Below are positions 10,812 through 23,728 of a DNA stretch of 37,175 bases, piece by piece. A program made the translations under genes and the position numbers. The notes beneath the pieces are model-generated. The model made no database searches. It was given only the letters and a program-made list of their open reading frames with translations, and was not told the origin of the DNA. Positions within the stretch are counted from its first letter, which is position 1. The number at the start of each line of letters is the position of its first letter. Source of the stretch: Octopus bimaculoides (Eukaryota); assembly GCF_001194135.2 (NCBI RefSeq), contig NC_068982.1:25120312-25157486 (forward strand), written 5' to 3'.

Positions 10812-12358
10812 TAAAATCATAATTAACTAATCCTCCTATATTTTCTCTTATTCGAAACCAGGAACTTTTCACCACACTCTCGTATTTGCAAAATAAATTT
10901 TTCAAAAAACAGGAAATTTATGAATGTATGCTTATTATTATGCGATGAGGAATCCTTTGTGTGTTACAATAGAGCTGCATTAGACTTCTCAATGTATTTC
11001 AATGATTTTCATCATCAATTTATATCAGATATTTATTCAGTCTTTATCTCGGAATTCTTCCTTCTAATGACTAATGTGTTAAATAAAACAGAACTACTTT
11101 ACAGTAGAAACATTTTGAGGATTTCATGTCATCCGTTGTTGTTATCACAATGTAGTTACTAATAATTATTACATTTTTATAATGATCAATAACATTGCGC
11201 TTGTGTTCAATTTCATCATTTCTATTTTTGAAATGTTAAAGTTTTCATAATATCCAATACACTACTCCATCATATAATAACAAACTGTATATTACTTTAC
11301 ATACTAAGAGTGTGGGAAAATATAGTTATGCAATATGAAAGATATAGTAAATATATTAGGCTTTACATATAAATATGTAAGTAATTTATTTTACGCAGTT
11401 TTCCTTTACTAACAGGAAATGATTTATATACAGCAATCAATTGCAAGATAACAGCAGGCATTTCACATTTTGTCTGGTGATTGAAATTCTACAAATTTTA
11501 TTCATTATATTCTTAGTAAATTGTATTTGCACTCAACATTTTATAACCTGACGCAAATTAATCTTTGTGAAATATCATATCGTTCCATTATTGGTTAATG
11601 TATGTTTATAACTGACGTTAGATGAAGACATGCAATTCAGCAATTCGAATATTGGCATATTTAAAATGGATGCCGATCATTCATTGCTATGGAATAATTG
11701 TCATTAACGAACATGTCATTTACATATTTCTTGTGTTCCTGCCTTACGCTTACACGTGCAGACATAAATATACATATGTGCACACACAACATATACATAT
11801 ATGTGTATGTGTATGATATACACATATATACATAAAATATTCATGCATACACACACATGGGTGCATATGCATGCACACACATATATTGATTAATGCAATT
11901 TGAAAAAGACATAAAGATTATTATGTGTACATGCGGGTATAATAAATTGCAAAGAGTAATTGGTGTAGTTAAACTGATATTTAGGAGGGATCTCACTGTA
12001 TGATGGCGACTATTGATTGAATATGTCATGTTGATTATGCCATTAATATTTATTGATACAAGATATTGAAACCTTAGAAGAAAGACATATGTACATAATA
12101 CATTAACAACTGATAATACCCATCTGATATTTCAGGACACTTTACTAAATTACTTGCAGCCCATTCTTATACTCCAATAATATAGGAACTTCAATAAATT
12201 GCATTAAGATTTGTAGTATATAACAATTACTAACCTAGAAACTGTAATCGCCTTTGCAGTATAGCTTTATATAGTAAGATTTATTTCTTTGCACTTCTTT
12301 ATTTTTAATGTCAATTCATTTTTAATGAAAACTTTATATGTATATGCATGGACAATCA

Positions 12359-12360
<2 letters not shown>

Positions 12361-12418
<58 letters not shown>

Positions 12419-12483
12419 CTCCCCCCTCTCTCTCTCTCTTTATCTCTCTTTCTCCCCTCCTCTCTCTCTCTCTCTCTCTCTCT
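12361..12483. repeat. (CT)n microsatellite followed by TG-rich tract
   Basis: Direct reading. Confidence 0.95.
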
Positions 12484-12934
12484 CAATATATATGTATGTG
12501 TGTGTATGCGAGTGTCTGTGTTTGTCTCTGTTTGTATTTGTGTGTGTGTATGTGCGTGTCCTTGTGTGTGTCTTTGTATGCATGGGTTCAAAAGAAACAG
12601 CATTATAGGTGCATGAAGTTTGATTTCGTCAGACATTTTCAGCAAATACAATTGTGTTCGCATCACAAATTTGCAAAGAGCGTAATTAAGTTTCCCTGAT
12701 TCTATATGCTAGGCAAGTCTTTGATTGTAGGAATGTTTTTCTCAAAACTTTATGAAGGATTTAATAACCATATATAGAGAAAAATATGCGCGTGTAACAG
12801 TCACTAACGCACAACCACTCACACGCACATATTTACACACACAGATCCCAGAACCATATGGCTGGGAAGCAAGCTTCTTACCACTCAGCTATACCTCAGG
12901 AAATATATACATTTACATATATACATTATCTGCA

Positions 12935-14325
12935 TTATTTACATTTGACGGATATTCTTCTTTGATATTATTCAGTTTGGTATTATTCAGTGCCGTCCAG
13001 TTCGGTGGTTGGTGTTGTTTATAATTCCAAGGTTTGGCGAGAGACCTTTCACGATTTTCCATATATATATCAATGCATATCTTCCTCGCCTTCTCTCTAA
13101 GGAGTAGAGTTTCAGTTCTTGCATCCTCTACCAGTAGCTCATCTGTTTCAGTACTATTTGAGTACTTGCGCTGGATTGTCTCAAGTTCCACTACCAGTTT
13201 CATGCTCTGCGGTGACCACAGTTGGGACCAGTAATGCAAACGACCGAGGAAAATATCCGCCACAGGAGTATGAAGGTATCCTTATTTCTGGTTCTGTACA
13301 ATGTTGCTACCTTGGCAATATGCACATGGAATGTTGCATCACTATTCATTTGGATTCCTAGATCACGTACCGATTCTAACTCTGGGATTGCCTTGCCCCT
13401 TGGACCTATGGATTCCGATTGTAGTCTGTTTGTTAGCTGATAGCAGAGTGGTTGAAACTAATCAATGTTGAACTGCATGTTATTTTCAACAGCTTATTTG
13501 TATATTGCATGCAAGTCATTTTAGAGGTGTACTATATCATCAGGGTTCTTGACCGCTTGAGACACTCTTGTATCGTCAGCACAGCTGGTGAGAGTGGTTG
13601 ACTCTACGACTGACGGCATGTCTGAAAGAGCCACAACAAACAATAGTGCTCGCACTTGAGTTCCCTAAAGAACTCCGCTGCGGATTGATATCTCTCCTGG
13701 GAGAGTATCATTGGCTGCAACTGCTTGACATATGTCCTTTAAAAAGTCGTGCAGACACTCTCCCGGGTTTTCATTGATACCAAGGTCATTTAGTTTATGA
13801 TATATCATCCCATGATCAACTTTGTCAAAGTCATTGGCAAAGTGGAGATATATCACATCCACAGTTGAATGATTAAGCTGTTGTTTCAGTACCCAGTCAT
13901 AATACTGTAGTAGCTCTGTGAGGCAGCTCCTCCTTGGGCGGAAACCATATTGTTTGTTTGTGAACAAGTTATTCTCTTCTAGGAATGTGATCAGTGTCTT
14001 TCTGGCAGTGCTTTGTATGACCTTGCTTACATTTGAAGTCAGAGAGAAAGGTCTGTAATATTTAGCATTTTCTCTGCCTCCTCCTTTATGGATGGGACAC
14101 ATGATACGCTCACTTAACAGTTTAGGAAGTTTACCACATGCAAGGAAACTTTGAAAAAAGTTCTTCAGGAGTTTTGCGATAGCTTTCTTGCATATTTTTA
14201 GAAGAACAAACGGAAATGCATCTGGGCCCATTGCTGAGTTTCAGCACATCTCACCAGTGGCCGATATGACATCTTTCTCTTTTATGCCGATACAATCGAT
14301 GGGTGACCTTTTCCCATATATGTCT
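12935..14325 (-). mobile_element. 5'-truncated CR1/L2-type LINE, ORF2 reverse transcriptase and C-terminal region (pseudogenised)
   Basis: ORF 14231-13665 reads GPDAFP..CPIHKGG..YRPFSLTS..QYGFRPRRSCLTELL..DVIYLHFANDFDKVDHG..SGVL*G. TSCADDTRV (YADD motif) lies at ~13570-13590, followed by HYWSQLWSP, ELETIQR and LKLYSLERRR..YIWKI in shifted frames. Confidence 0.92.
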
Positions 14326-14344
14326 ATAGGTATAGATACAGACA

Positions 14345-14362
14345 GAAAGGTAGCTAGGTAAC

Positions 14363-14409
<47 letters not shown>

Positions 14410-14497
14410 GTATGCAGGCAGGTAAGTAGGTAGGTAGATAGATAGGTAGGTAGGTAGGTAGGTAGGTAGGTAGGTAGGTAGGTAGGTAGGTAGGTAG
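14345..14497. repeat. (GATA)n grading into (GGTA)n
   Basis: Direct reading; abuts the 5'-truncated end of the LINE. Confidence 0.95.
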
Positions 14498-14857
14498 ACA
14501 CATGCATACAATTCTGGCACATTGTTAAAAATGACATTTATACAGGAGCAAAGACAATCGAAATTGAAAATATTTGACAACTACTTTAGCATGTATTTCA
14601 GATATAATGGAACATTTCGAAGCTATTTGCAGTCAGTATTTGAATTATCTTGGAAATGTGTATTTTATTTATGCATCGATTTGGATTTGTTTTATTACTA
14701 AATACCAAAAAAGAAAAGAATTATCTTAATAAAACGTAGTCTTCATGTGTCCAATTATTCTTTTGAGTACATATTTATAACCATTTGTTTCATTTCGGGT
14801 GTTTTGATTCAGTGATGAGCAAATAGTGCTTAGTAAAAGGATATTCTGAATATAATG

Positions 14858-14861
<4 letters not shown>

Positions 14862-14903
<42 letters not shown>

Positions 14904-14904
14904 A

Positions 14905-14946
<42 letters not shown>

Positions 14947-14997
14947 TATGAGAGACAGAGTATGAGAGACAGAGGTAAATAAGAAATGGATAGATAG

Positions 14998-15038
<41 letters not shown>

Positions 15039-15043
15039 TAGAT
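14862..15043. repeat. Compound (TA)n-(GA)n-(GATA)n-(GA)n microsatellite
   Basis: Direct reading. Confidence 0.95.
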
Positions 15044-15702
15044 ATTATTCTATTTACTTTAATAAGACATCATATTTGTTTATGCAATGTTTACTTAAAG
15101 ACTAGCGAATAAAATCAAATATACTCTGAACGTAAATTTTGGCGCACAAAGTGTTTGAATTAGTCAAAGAAGATAATATCATGTGAAGCACGTTGGCGTG
15201 TACTTCACTCAAATACTGTATTTGATTCTATAGAAAGGAAGATGTATGTTCAACTGCAATAATATACGGAGAAATTAAAACGAAATTCTAAACAGAATAT
15301 TGACACTTTTTTAACGCATTATGTTTGTTTTAATGAGTTTAATCATATGACGATAACAGTTTTAAATGCTATTCGTATAATCATTTTAAGTGTTTAATAT
15401 TTCTACATTGGGCAACTGCGATTGAGAAAACGTATTACTGCCAATGCCATATAACCTTCTATCCTAGGGATTGCCTTGTTTCATATATTGTGTAATATGA
15501 GGAAGAGTTAGCCGTTATTTTCAGGTCACATTATGAATTAGAGCTTTACGTCAAGGTCTCTGTATAATGATATGTTTCTATATGGTATATTGTAACAAAC
15601 ACGACATGTTTTTGTCATCTCATTTCCTTTTAGTTACGATATAATTGTGAATTTGGAAATGAAAGTTTAGACTCACGTCATCTGCGGACGTTTGTGATGT
15701 GT

Positions 15703-15780
15703 AATTATATGAAGAGCCCATCGTAAATTTCATGTCATTACAATTATATGAACAACCCATCGTAAATTTCATCTCATTAC
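15703..15780. repeat. Tandem duplication, 2 x 39 bp
   Basis: AATTATATGAAGAGCCCATCGTAAATTTCATGTCATTAC versus AATTATATGAACAACCCATCGTAAATTTCATCTCATTAC, 3 mismatches. Confidence 0.95.
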
Positions 15781-15990
15781 AAGGCGGCGAGCTGGAAGAA
15801 TCATTATCGAGCAGGACAATATTTTTAGGGGCAACTCAACCATCTTTCCGTTTAGTGTTCAAATTACACTAAGGTTGTCTTTGCCTTTTATCCTTTCGGG
15901 AGACAATGAAATAAAGTCCAGTACTTATGTAATCGACTAGCCCCCCACATAAAATTTCTGGCTTTGTGTCTATTGTAGAAAAGAATATCA
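15781..15990 (+). mobile_element. SINE-B, diverged
   Basis: AAGGCGGCGAGCTGG head, GTGTTCAAATTAC B-box-like, CTTTGCCTTTTATCCTTTCGGG core, ATGTAATCGAC. Confidence 0.8.
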
Positions 15991-16280
15991 TGTCACTGTA
16001 ATATACCCTACTACTGTTAAACATAAAAGCATACTACGGCTAAAGTGTTACTATTGTAAGTAAAAGTGCAATAAATACTTAGTTGCAACGAATATTTTGC
16101 GGATATGACCTTAGAAAATCACTCTAGAAGTGCTCTAACATCAACACATTTATTGAGGGAAGGTCAACAGATTATAGAAATACCCGTCAAGATATACAGA
16201 CGTCTTTCTTTTTCCATTCATGAGAAAGAGTAGATTAGAGTGCGTTTACATTTGATCGCTTGTCAGTCTCAGAGTTCTTT

Positions 16281-16502
16281 AAGGCGGCGAGCTGGCGGAA
16301 TCGTTAGCACTCCGTGCAACGTGTCTAGCGGCATTTCGTCCGTCTTTTCGTCCTGGGTTCAATTCCGCCGAGATCTACTCTGCCTCTCATCATTTCGGGG
16401 TCGATGATAGAAGTATCAGTTGAACACTGGGGGTCGATGTAATCGATTTACTTTACCCCATTCCCCAATGTTGTTGGCTCTATGCTAACATTTGTAACCA
16501 AT
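16281..16502 (+). mobile_element. SINE-B, full length
   Basis: AAGGCGGCGAGCTGGCGGAATCGTTAG (A-box-like), GGGTTCAATTCC (B-box), CATCATTTCGGGGTCGAT core, GGGGTCGATGTAATCGAT and tail. Confidence 0.88.
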
Positions 16503-16504
16503 CC

Positions 16505-16780
16505 CACCATACTTACAAATATTTCTTTTATTTTTAACATGGCTGCAACTCCTCCACCATTTTCATTTCTAATTCTGTAGAGACGATACGTATGTTCACA
16601 GGTATGAATTTCTTCTATCAATATTTAGGATGCATTTTCATATGTATGTTCCTATTCATGCAAGAATCTATGCGATCTAGGTTTACGTGAATTAACGTTA
16701 GCTCGATGTTATTAAAAAGGGTTCGGTTCTACATAGACTAGCGAAGTTATATTTGTACATGTGTAGCCATCTGCTGAATA
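16505..16780 (-). mobile_element. Decayed LINE apurinic-like endonuclease (APE) fragment
   Basis: The minus strand reads RTLFNNIELTLIHVNLDRI, then (frameshifted) ILIEEIHTCEHTYRLYRIRNENGGGVAAMLK. These match N.RSL.NK.DEL and GY..YR.DR..GGGVA.Y.K of LINE endonucleases. Confidence 0.6.
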
Positions 16781-17144
16781 TATGTGACGCAGCCCAGTTC
16801 GTTTTAGTGTTCCCTTATATTTATTATCTTTCGTCTCGCTACATTGTAATGCATATCAACATACTTATGGAGTAAATATTGAAATCGCTGTAAATGTTTT
16901 AAGTATATGGCTTTAAGATATTTTTACGGGTATCTAATATCAGACAGGAATGAATAGAGCAAATGTAATTCTGTACGCATGTTGCGCTGAATGTTATTGA
17001 GATTCAACGTGTGTTCATTTCATGAATTTGGAATAAATCAGTAACAAGGTGATATACAACCAAAATTCAGACATACTTATACGTATTTATGTGTGTGTAT
17101 GTGCGCCTGTGTTTGAATGTATATATACATGAGTGTCTGGGTGT

Positions 17145-17146
17145 AT

Positions 17147-17187
<41 letters not shown>

Positions 17188-17216
17188 TGTGTTGTGTGTG
17201 TGTGTGTGTGTGTGTG
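17145..17216. repeat. (TG)n microsatellite
   Basis: Direct reading. Confidence 0.95.
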
Positions 17217-17551
17217 ATGACCATAATGAATTGCTATCTTTTCATTGTGGTTACAGCTAAGCATACAATTATTTAACAAATATATTCTCTCATAAACCAA
17301 TTAAAATCAACACTATTTAGAAATATAATATAATTATATTTTCCCCTGAATGAATGTTAACAATTGTTTCTCATTTGCATGGGAACATAGTCTGTCAATT
17401 ATTTTATATTATTATTTGAGAATATTATGATAACAATATCAATAATAACATGGAGATGAATGTCAAGCAGAGCACCAAAATTAGCAATGATGAATATGTA
17501 ATAAATATATATCCATACATATTCATACATTACACTACACACACACACATG

Positions 17552-17619
<68 letters not shown>

Positions 17620-17620
17620 C

Positions 17621-17677
<57 letters not shown>
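17552..17677. repeat. (GATA)n microsatellite, ~31 units
   Basis: Direct reading; one GACA variant unit. Confidence 0.97.
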
Positions 17678-20600
17678 TGTTTATAATTGTTCTTCATTGT
17701 ATGGTCTTCGCTGTTTCCAAATTACATCATTAGATGCTCTCAAAATAATAGTCTAGACAGAGATGTAAACAACAATAGGATGTTTACTGAAGTCACAAAT
17801 GTAACTGATATTTCGCAGGCTTCATGGAGCTTGAAACATTTACATAATCATTTATTTTATTCAAATTTATTGTTAACATGCTTAATATAGAGACTATGTT
17901 TGATATCGAGATAAATCATTTTACTTTTGATTGAATATACTCAGTTATTTAATATTCAATATAAAGACGGTTACGAATCAGTAGGACATTTTCATATGTA
18001 GAGTTAATTTCGTAATGAATTATACTTTGCTTTGAGTGAGCATTTCTGTGTTTATATGTGTGTAGATAGAATTATGAAGAAATTATTGATGTTGGTACAA
18101 CCTATCTTTCAATATACATTAATAACCACCATAGCATCATTTATGTACAACAGAGAAGAAATCCTTCGGAAGAAATTATACCAAAGTGATGTGTACAATA
18201 TTTCTTTACACTAAAATTAAAACTCTAAATTTCAATAGCCTCAACTGATCCTTAAATTATTGCAAATTAACTTTCTCTCATATATATCGTTCTCGTGGGA
18301 ATAGATGTCTTTTCATCAAAGTCTAATTCAATTAGTTATAAATATAATCAGTACGACAGACCTGTTTAGAAGTTGTCTGGCAATGATGAATTCGCTTTGT
18401 AATTATTGTTATTTTCTACAAAGTATATCATTTAAATAATTTTATAAATGACTAATAGTGTCTAAATTTTCTAATTTCGTTATATATTAAACAGTGTCAG
18501 AATTTACTTTCTCACATAATAGATTAAAATCGATAGCATTCTACATCGTGTCAATGTAAGTATATAGAAGAAGCACAGCGGAAACAACAGCTTGAACAAA
18601 GTATCACCATAATACTTCAAAATCTCCCGTCATATTTTGAGGTCACCATACGCCTAGCATATATGTGTCGACTTAGCCCCAAGCTAATTTGTATTTGTTG
18701 CTGTTGTATTATCATTGATTGCACTGTCTTAGAATTTCACTGCTACATTATCCTATAGTTTTAATAGAATGGTGTTTCCTGGAGTGACTAAAGTAAAGCT
18801 CTTGTTTTGTGCAACAACATATATGAAAGCGAATATTCTGACCTTTTCAGTTACCTTTGCACCCATTCCAATACCCGTATAGTCAGCATGTATTCTCTCT
18901 ACCAATTATTTATCAGCAACCTCATCAAATGCATGGCCCAACTTAAATGTTTGCAAATTATCAATATATTGAAAATATAAATTCCAGCACTGTTACATTT
19001 CCATTCATTGTTGGTGTCTTTGATTAGCACACCGGCAGCAGTGATACGTTTTAAATGGCTTTCACTGCTCAATGTTTCTCTTTAGGGTTGTAAATTTGCC
19101 TAATGAAAATAAATTCCCAAGCATCATTTTATCAGATGTATTCCTTCAAAATAACTGATTTTCTAATTCAGTTAATTGTTCGGAACTCAGAGCTGCAGCG
19201 GACACAAATGTGCTTAACATTTTAATATCCAAATTACGAACCAGAGTTCAAAATTATCTACGATTCATTTTAAGTCTATGTCGTTCTGGGCAGCACATCT
19301 GCATTTGTGTAAGTGGACTCTGCTTCGAAAAGAACGTATGATTTTTACACCGTCGGAATGAAGATACCTTACTCGACATATACTAATACTAATGTATGCC
19401 AACGCCACCGCTGTTTACCGAAATTGGCTCAAACGCAAATTCTCCAATGATTGCTATTCAGATATCTCTACCTGTGATACTGCTTGCCTCACATTACAAT
19501 TTTCCTTTAATCCTTCCAGCAAGAAATACTTTGATCAAATAATTCTTAAATGCATTTTTCTTCTCTTTACTTCTGTTACAGTTGCTAATTTGGATGTTGC
19601 TGCTTTTGGCTAAGAAGAAACATACCTGGAATGGAAGCAAACTTCATCTGATACCACACACAATTTCAGGAGTGGTTCTCTTCTTATGTACTATTTACAT
19701 TGCAATTGTGCGAAAAGTTGCGACATTGAAATTATATATTTGCTTGCTTCATAAACACAAACATTCAGTTGTGCAAACGAAATGCATCTCTATGCTAAGA
19801 GTGCCTATATAAGTGTCAGCTTCCTTGTAGTGAAAGTCTTCAAAAAATTAAGTGATGTCCATTTTTCGAAATTTTCGAAATTTTTTATTATTTACCACTT
19901 TTAGTGAGCATCAAATAAAGAGTTTTGTGACTGATCATACATTTCAGTAGTGATCTTCACCTATACAAGTTAGTTTTAAACTAGAGGTTGATGTAAAAAT
20001 AACACAAATGAAAAGTTCTTCATTCGTTGATTCTTCACATTTCTCACGCGTACCAAAATAGCAGAGAACATATAAATTATTGTCTCAATATGAAGCACAA
20101 GTTCTTGTATATATTTTTATCGACTTACTGCAACATCAAATATCTAATTAGCAGCTTGTGGCTTACTTGAAATTATTATCTCAAAATCATAATTAACTTA
20201 TGTTATAAATATGGATGAAAATTATGAATTAATGTTTATCCTTTAGGTTGTTTATTTTCTTCTAAGAACATAGTGACATTTGAAGTTAATAACCTGAAAC
20301 TTGATATACATTTTCCTCTTGATGCAGACGTTGTGTTATACAAATTCAATTAATAATATAAACATACAATTCTAGTGAAGTTTATCAGCATATGTTGTAT
20401 TACTCGTAGTGTTAATAATGTTTTATTAAGACTGCAATCATCTGATCTATTGAAAATTAATATCACTTTGTTTAGTTTCTATTCATAGGCATTCTTATCA
20501 TATATATGTTTTGTTGCACATACATCATGTACGATTTCCCATAAATATTATGAAGACGATGTACTTAATACATGTTAAAATATCTTTCTTGATATACATC

Positions 20601-21949
20601 CTTTGATATATTGTTTGAATATCTGAAATACAAACACAGAAATCAATATTCATATATTTATCCTACATATGCTGAGAGCTTGGTTACCGAGACATTCATG
20701 GAAGAAACAGCTGTAAAAATAATCTCGTGATTTTCTGTGCAAAACGTTTTCTATAATTGTACTAGTTGAAGCTTTTGTGTTTATGAAACTTCTTATCCAC
20801 CGTTACATTATTATCTAAATGATGAGAAGTTTATAACATATATTTACAACTTACAACATATTTTAAATAAAAATACATGTGAGTCATAATTTCTCATATT
20901 AAATGCATCTAAAATATAGCATTTTTTTACTCTTTAAAATACCAGTATTTATATCAGGAAAGTTACGCTAGATACAATGAAGCTCTGATAAGATTAATTG
21001 AAATTGTCATAAAGGCTTATCGATTCAGTTAATTACTGTAACAAGCTTATCATAAAACAAAATTTGATTTAATATCCCAGAAACTTTATGGGTTTTAAGG
21101 GAAGGAAAATGACGCATTTACATTTTCAAATGTCTTTCAGTTTTCAAAATTATATTGAGAAGAACAACTCTCACATTGTATTCTACGGTTTTCGCAATGA
21201 GCTACAATTAAAACGGTTCCGAATTTACTAAAAAATAAATCAGATATCTAAACTTGTTAAGTTTATAGAATACGTTAGAAATAGATAGTGAAGTCAGATA
21301 GTTTTTAATTTCTTTCCTACTAAATTTTCCAGTATAAGGTTAAATACTTATATTCCAGCCAACAGGTATTCTATTCCCCTTCATTTGTAATGGCACAAAT
21401 TTAGCTATTAGAATAAATTAATTCTAATGATGTAGCATTTTTTCTAAGTATCGAGAAAAATACTGGGTGATTGGATATGATAAAGTGGCAATATTTTGAG
21501 AGTAGCTGTATAGAATATAATCCATTGGCACGTAATACTGATTCTCCTTTCACAATATAGTTACAAAATTAGAGTCAAAACTAGTGTGAATTTATAATGA
21601 CATTGATGTACGAATTTAAATACTGCTTATCATAATCACCTTTATTATTTTACTCCATTTATTTTGTTATGTTTTGCATATTATATCCACTTAATCGCTT
21701 TAATAATAATTATTCGGATATTAAAGTTCATAGATAATTGAAGAATATTTTCAATATATATAACGCGATGACAATCGAAATTTGAGAGGAGACTTGATAG
21801 CAAAATACCATGATAATATTGAATGAATAAATGGATATCAGTTTATAATATATTTTATGGCTTGAGGAAGTGTGTGGTTAATTTATTTGTACAAATACCA
21901 ACCAAACGACCTTGAAATTAAGTCTTACCTCCATGGAACAAAAACAAGG

Positions 21950-22900
21950 ACACAGTGCGAGAGATATTTGTAAACCTATTACACAAAACAAACTTAATTT
22001 AGCAAAGGCCATATATATTTTAATAAGAATTTGTGCACATTTTTCGATAAGCTTCCTTATGTGATCATTACATGAATTCTCGTTCAGTTTCGATGACTGG
22101 TTCACTGCAGAACTGGAATAGGTGACATTCTTGCACTAAATGGCCCGTATTCATTTCGGCCATCACCTTTACAATAAAGGATACCCAATAGACACCCTTT
22201 CAGAAACAGGCCAAACATAGTTTCCATGGAATGTAAATCTTGCCACTCTGGAGGCACTATATTTGGTGATACATGTTCGTAATTATTGTGACATCCTCTG
22301 TGATATCCTTTGGGAGAAGGTACCGAGCCTCGCTTATGCAGGTATTGTCTTCGATTTAGAATTGTATTCATCTAGGACTCAACAACGTATCTTGCATTAA
22401 TTCTAAGTCTCAGGTGAAAGATATGGGATGGCATGATAGACCTTCAATACCCACCACTCATAAAACCATTACAGCCGCTTAAAATTTAGCTTGCTTCACT
22501 CTGGGAGCAAGGCAAAAATTTGCTCATATTCCCTGTTAGACGTTTGGTCTTCGTCAAAATTTTTGTGATGAGACAAGAATCAAAGCATGGCATTTCCATA
22601 AATGTTTTTAAACTTGATTTGTATTCGCATCGGATGGATCCGTTTGTCTATCCTCGGTAATTTGTCTTGTATTAAATGTTCTGGTGCATCACTGAACTGA
22701 TAGTTGATTTCGACACTTAAAGTAGTTCGGTGTTGGCCTCATTGATCTTCTGAAATATTCACTGTTAACAGTTTAAACCCATTTCAGAAATTGTAGTGCA
22801 TTTATATTGTCAAAATGTTAGAATGTTTTTTTTTTACTTTTTGAATATTTCCACCAGAGGCTTCCAGTTCCATTCGAAATTTCTGTACAAAAGATCTCTA
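21950..22900 (-). mobile_element. Decayed Tc1/mariner transposase (maT/DD37D-like)
   Basis: In order on the minus strand: FLSHHKNFDEDQTSN (cf. FFSDEKNFDQDQKVN), IMPSHIFHLRLRINA (cf. MPPHFF..GLRINA), VSPNIVPPEWQDLHSME (cf. TP.IWPPSSPDLNPMD), PVIETEREFM* (cf. AVIEAEGDFIE*). Outer boundaries are approximate and TIRs were not identified. Confidence 0.75.
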
Positions 22901-23363
22901 AAAAATTGACAATTTATAAATCACCATGACGGCCGTTCTTTTTTTTTCTTTTTTTTTCTGATTACTTGCGTAAGAATTTTATTTGCCACGACAAATCTCA
23001 AACAAAAAAAAAAGGAAATTCATAATTAGTTTGAAAAGAATAATATACAGATAATTAAGTGTTCTCAAATAACGCTCGCACACTTTATAATTCAGGACAA
23101 CAGACATAGAATTAGACTTTATTGTCATGGCTGAAATGTCTTTCATTGTATATCTGTTCCTTGAAAACTGACATGTGTCAGGACAAAAATAATAATGGAA
23201 TAAATAATCAGACATTTCAACTTATACTTTCAGGTAAACGTTGAGCATTAATATTAAAGATAGTATCAATTTAGCACAGGATCACAAGGCCACAACACTC
23301 GAGTGTATGCGAAATATGTTGTTGATATGACTAGAACCAGTCTATATGGTGAATCTGTGTAAT

Positions 23364-23537
23364 ACAGTTCTATATTTAAGAGATGAGGAATTTTGTACAT
23401 TATTTACATTTCACGGATATTTGTCCTCATCTTGTTTGTTCTTAATACAACGTTTCGCCTGATATACCTTCCAGCCTTCATCAGGTGTCTTGGGGGAAAT
23501 TTCGAACCTGGGTTCTCATTCCTAAGGTATTTTTCGA

Positions 23538-23540
<3 letters not shown>
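23364..23540 (-). mobile_element. Short non-coding hammerhead-bearing element (Penelope-like terminal repeat or retrozyme-like)
   Basis: Contains the hammerhead below and a perfect 9-bp stem (AGATGAGGA 23381-23389 with TCCTCATCT 23424-23432), and abuts an (ATT)n tract. Boundaries are approximate. Confidence 0.55.
23444..23489 (-). ncRNA. Minimal type I hammerhead ribozyme
   Basis: Minus strand: GACAC-CTGATGA-A-GGCTG-GAAGGTATAT-CAGGC-GAAAC-GTT-GTATT. The core is intact. Stem I GACAC/GTATT has 1 mismatch and stem II GGCTG/CAGGC has 1 mismatch. Stem III is the palindrome ACGT and the cleavage triplet is GUU. Confidence 0.75.
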
Positions 23541-23588
<48 letters not shown>

Positions 23589-23590
23589 CA
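23539..23590. repeat. (ATT)n microsatellite, ~17 units
   Basis: Direct reading. Confidence 0.97.
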
Positions 23591-23728
23591 TTACTGAGAC
23601 TTTGTGCAGTAGATTGCAACTAAAAAGTGCAGAGTATTATGCAGTGCAATAATCATTCCATTCAACGTAGGTCTGGAACTAATGGCTGGTGAGCGCTAGA
23701 GGTATCAATCACAGATTCTTGTTAACAA

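Noticed and set aside
16581-16601. 21-nt in-frame micro-exon (TTCTGTAG..CAG|GTATGA)
   Set aside because: Antisense to the LINE endonuclease remnant, with no independent support.
18650-19990. Region with long nearly open minus-strand frames and a TTTTCGAAA repeat at ~19862, suggestive of an old DNA transposon
   Set aside because: No family motif could be matched convincingly; it needs a translated search.
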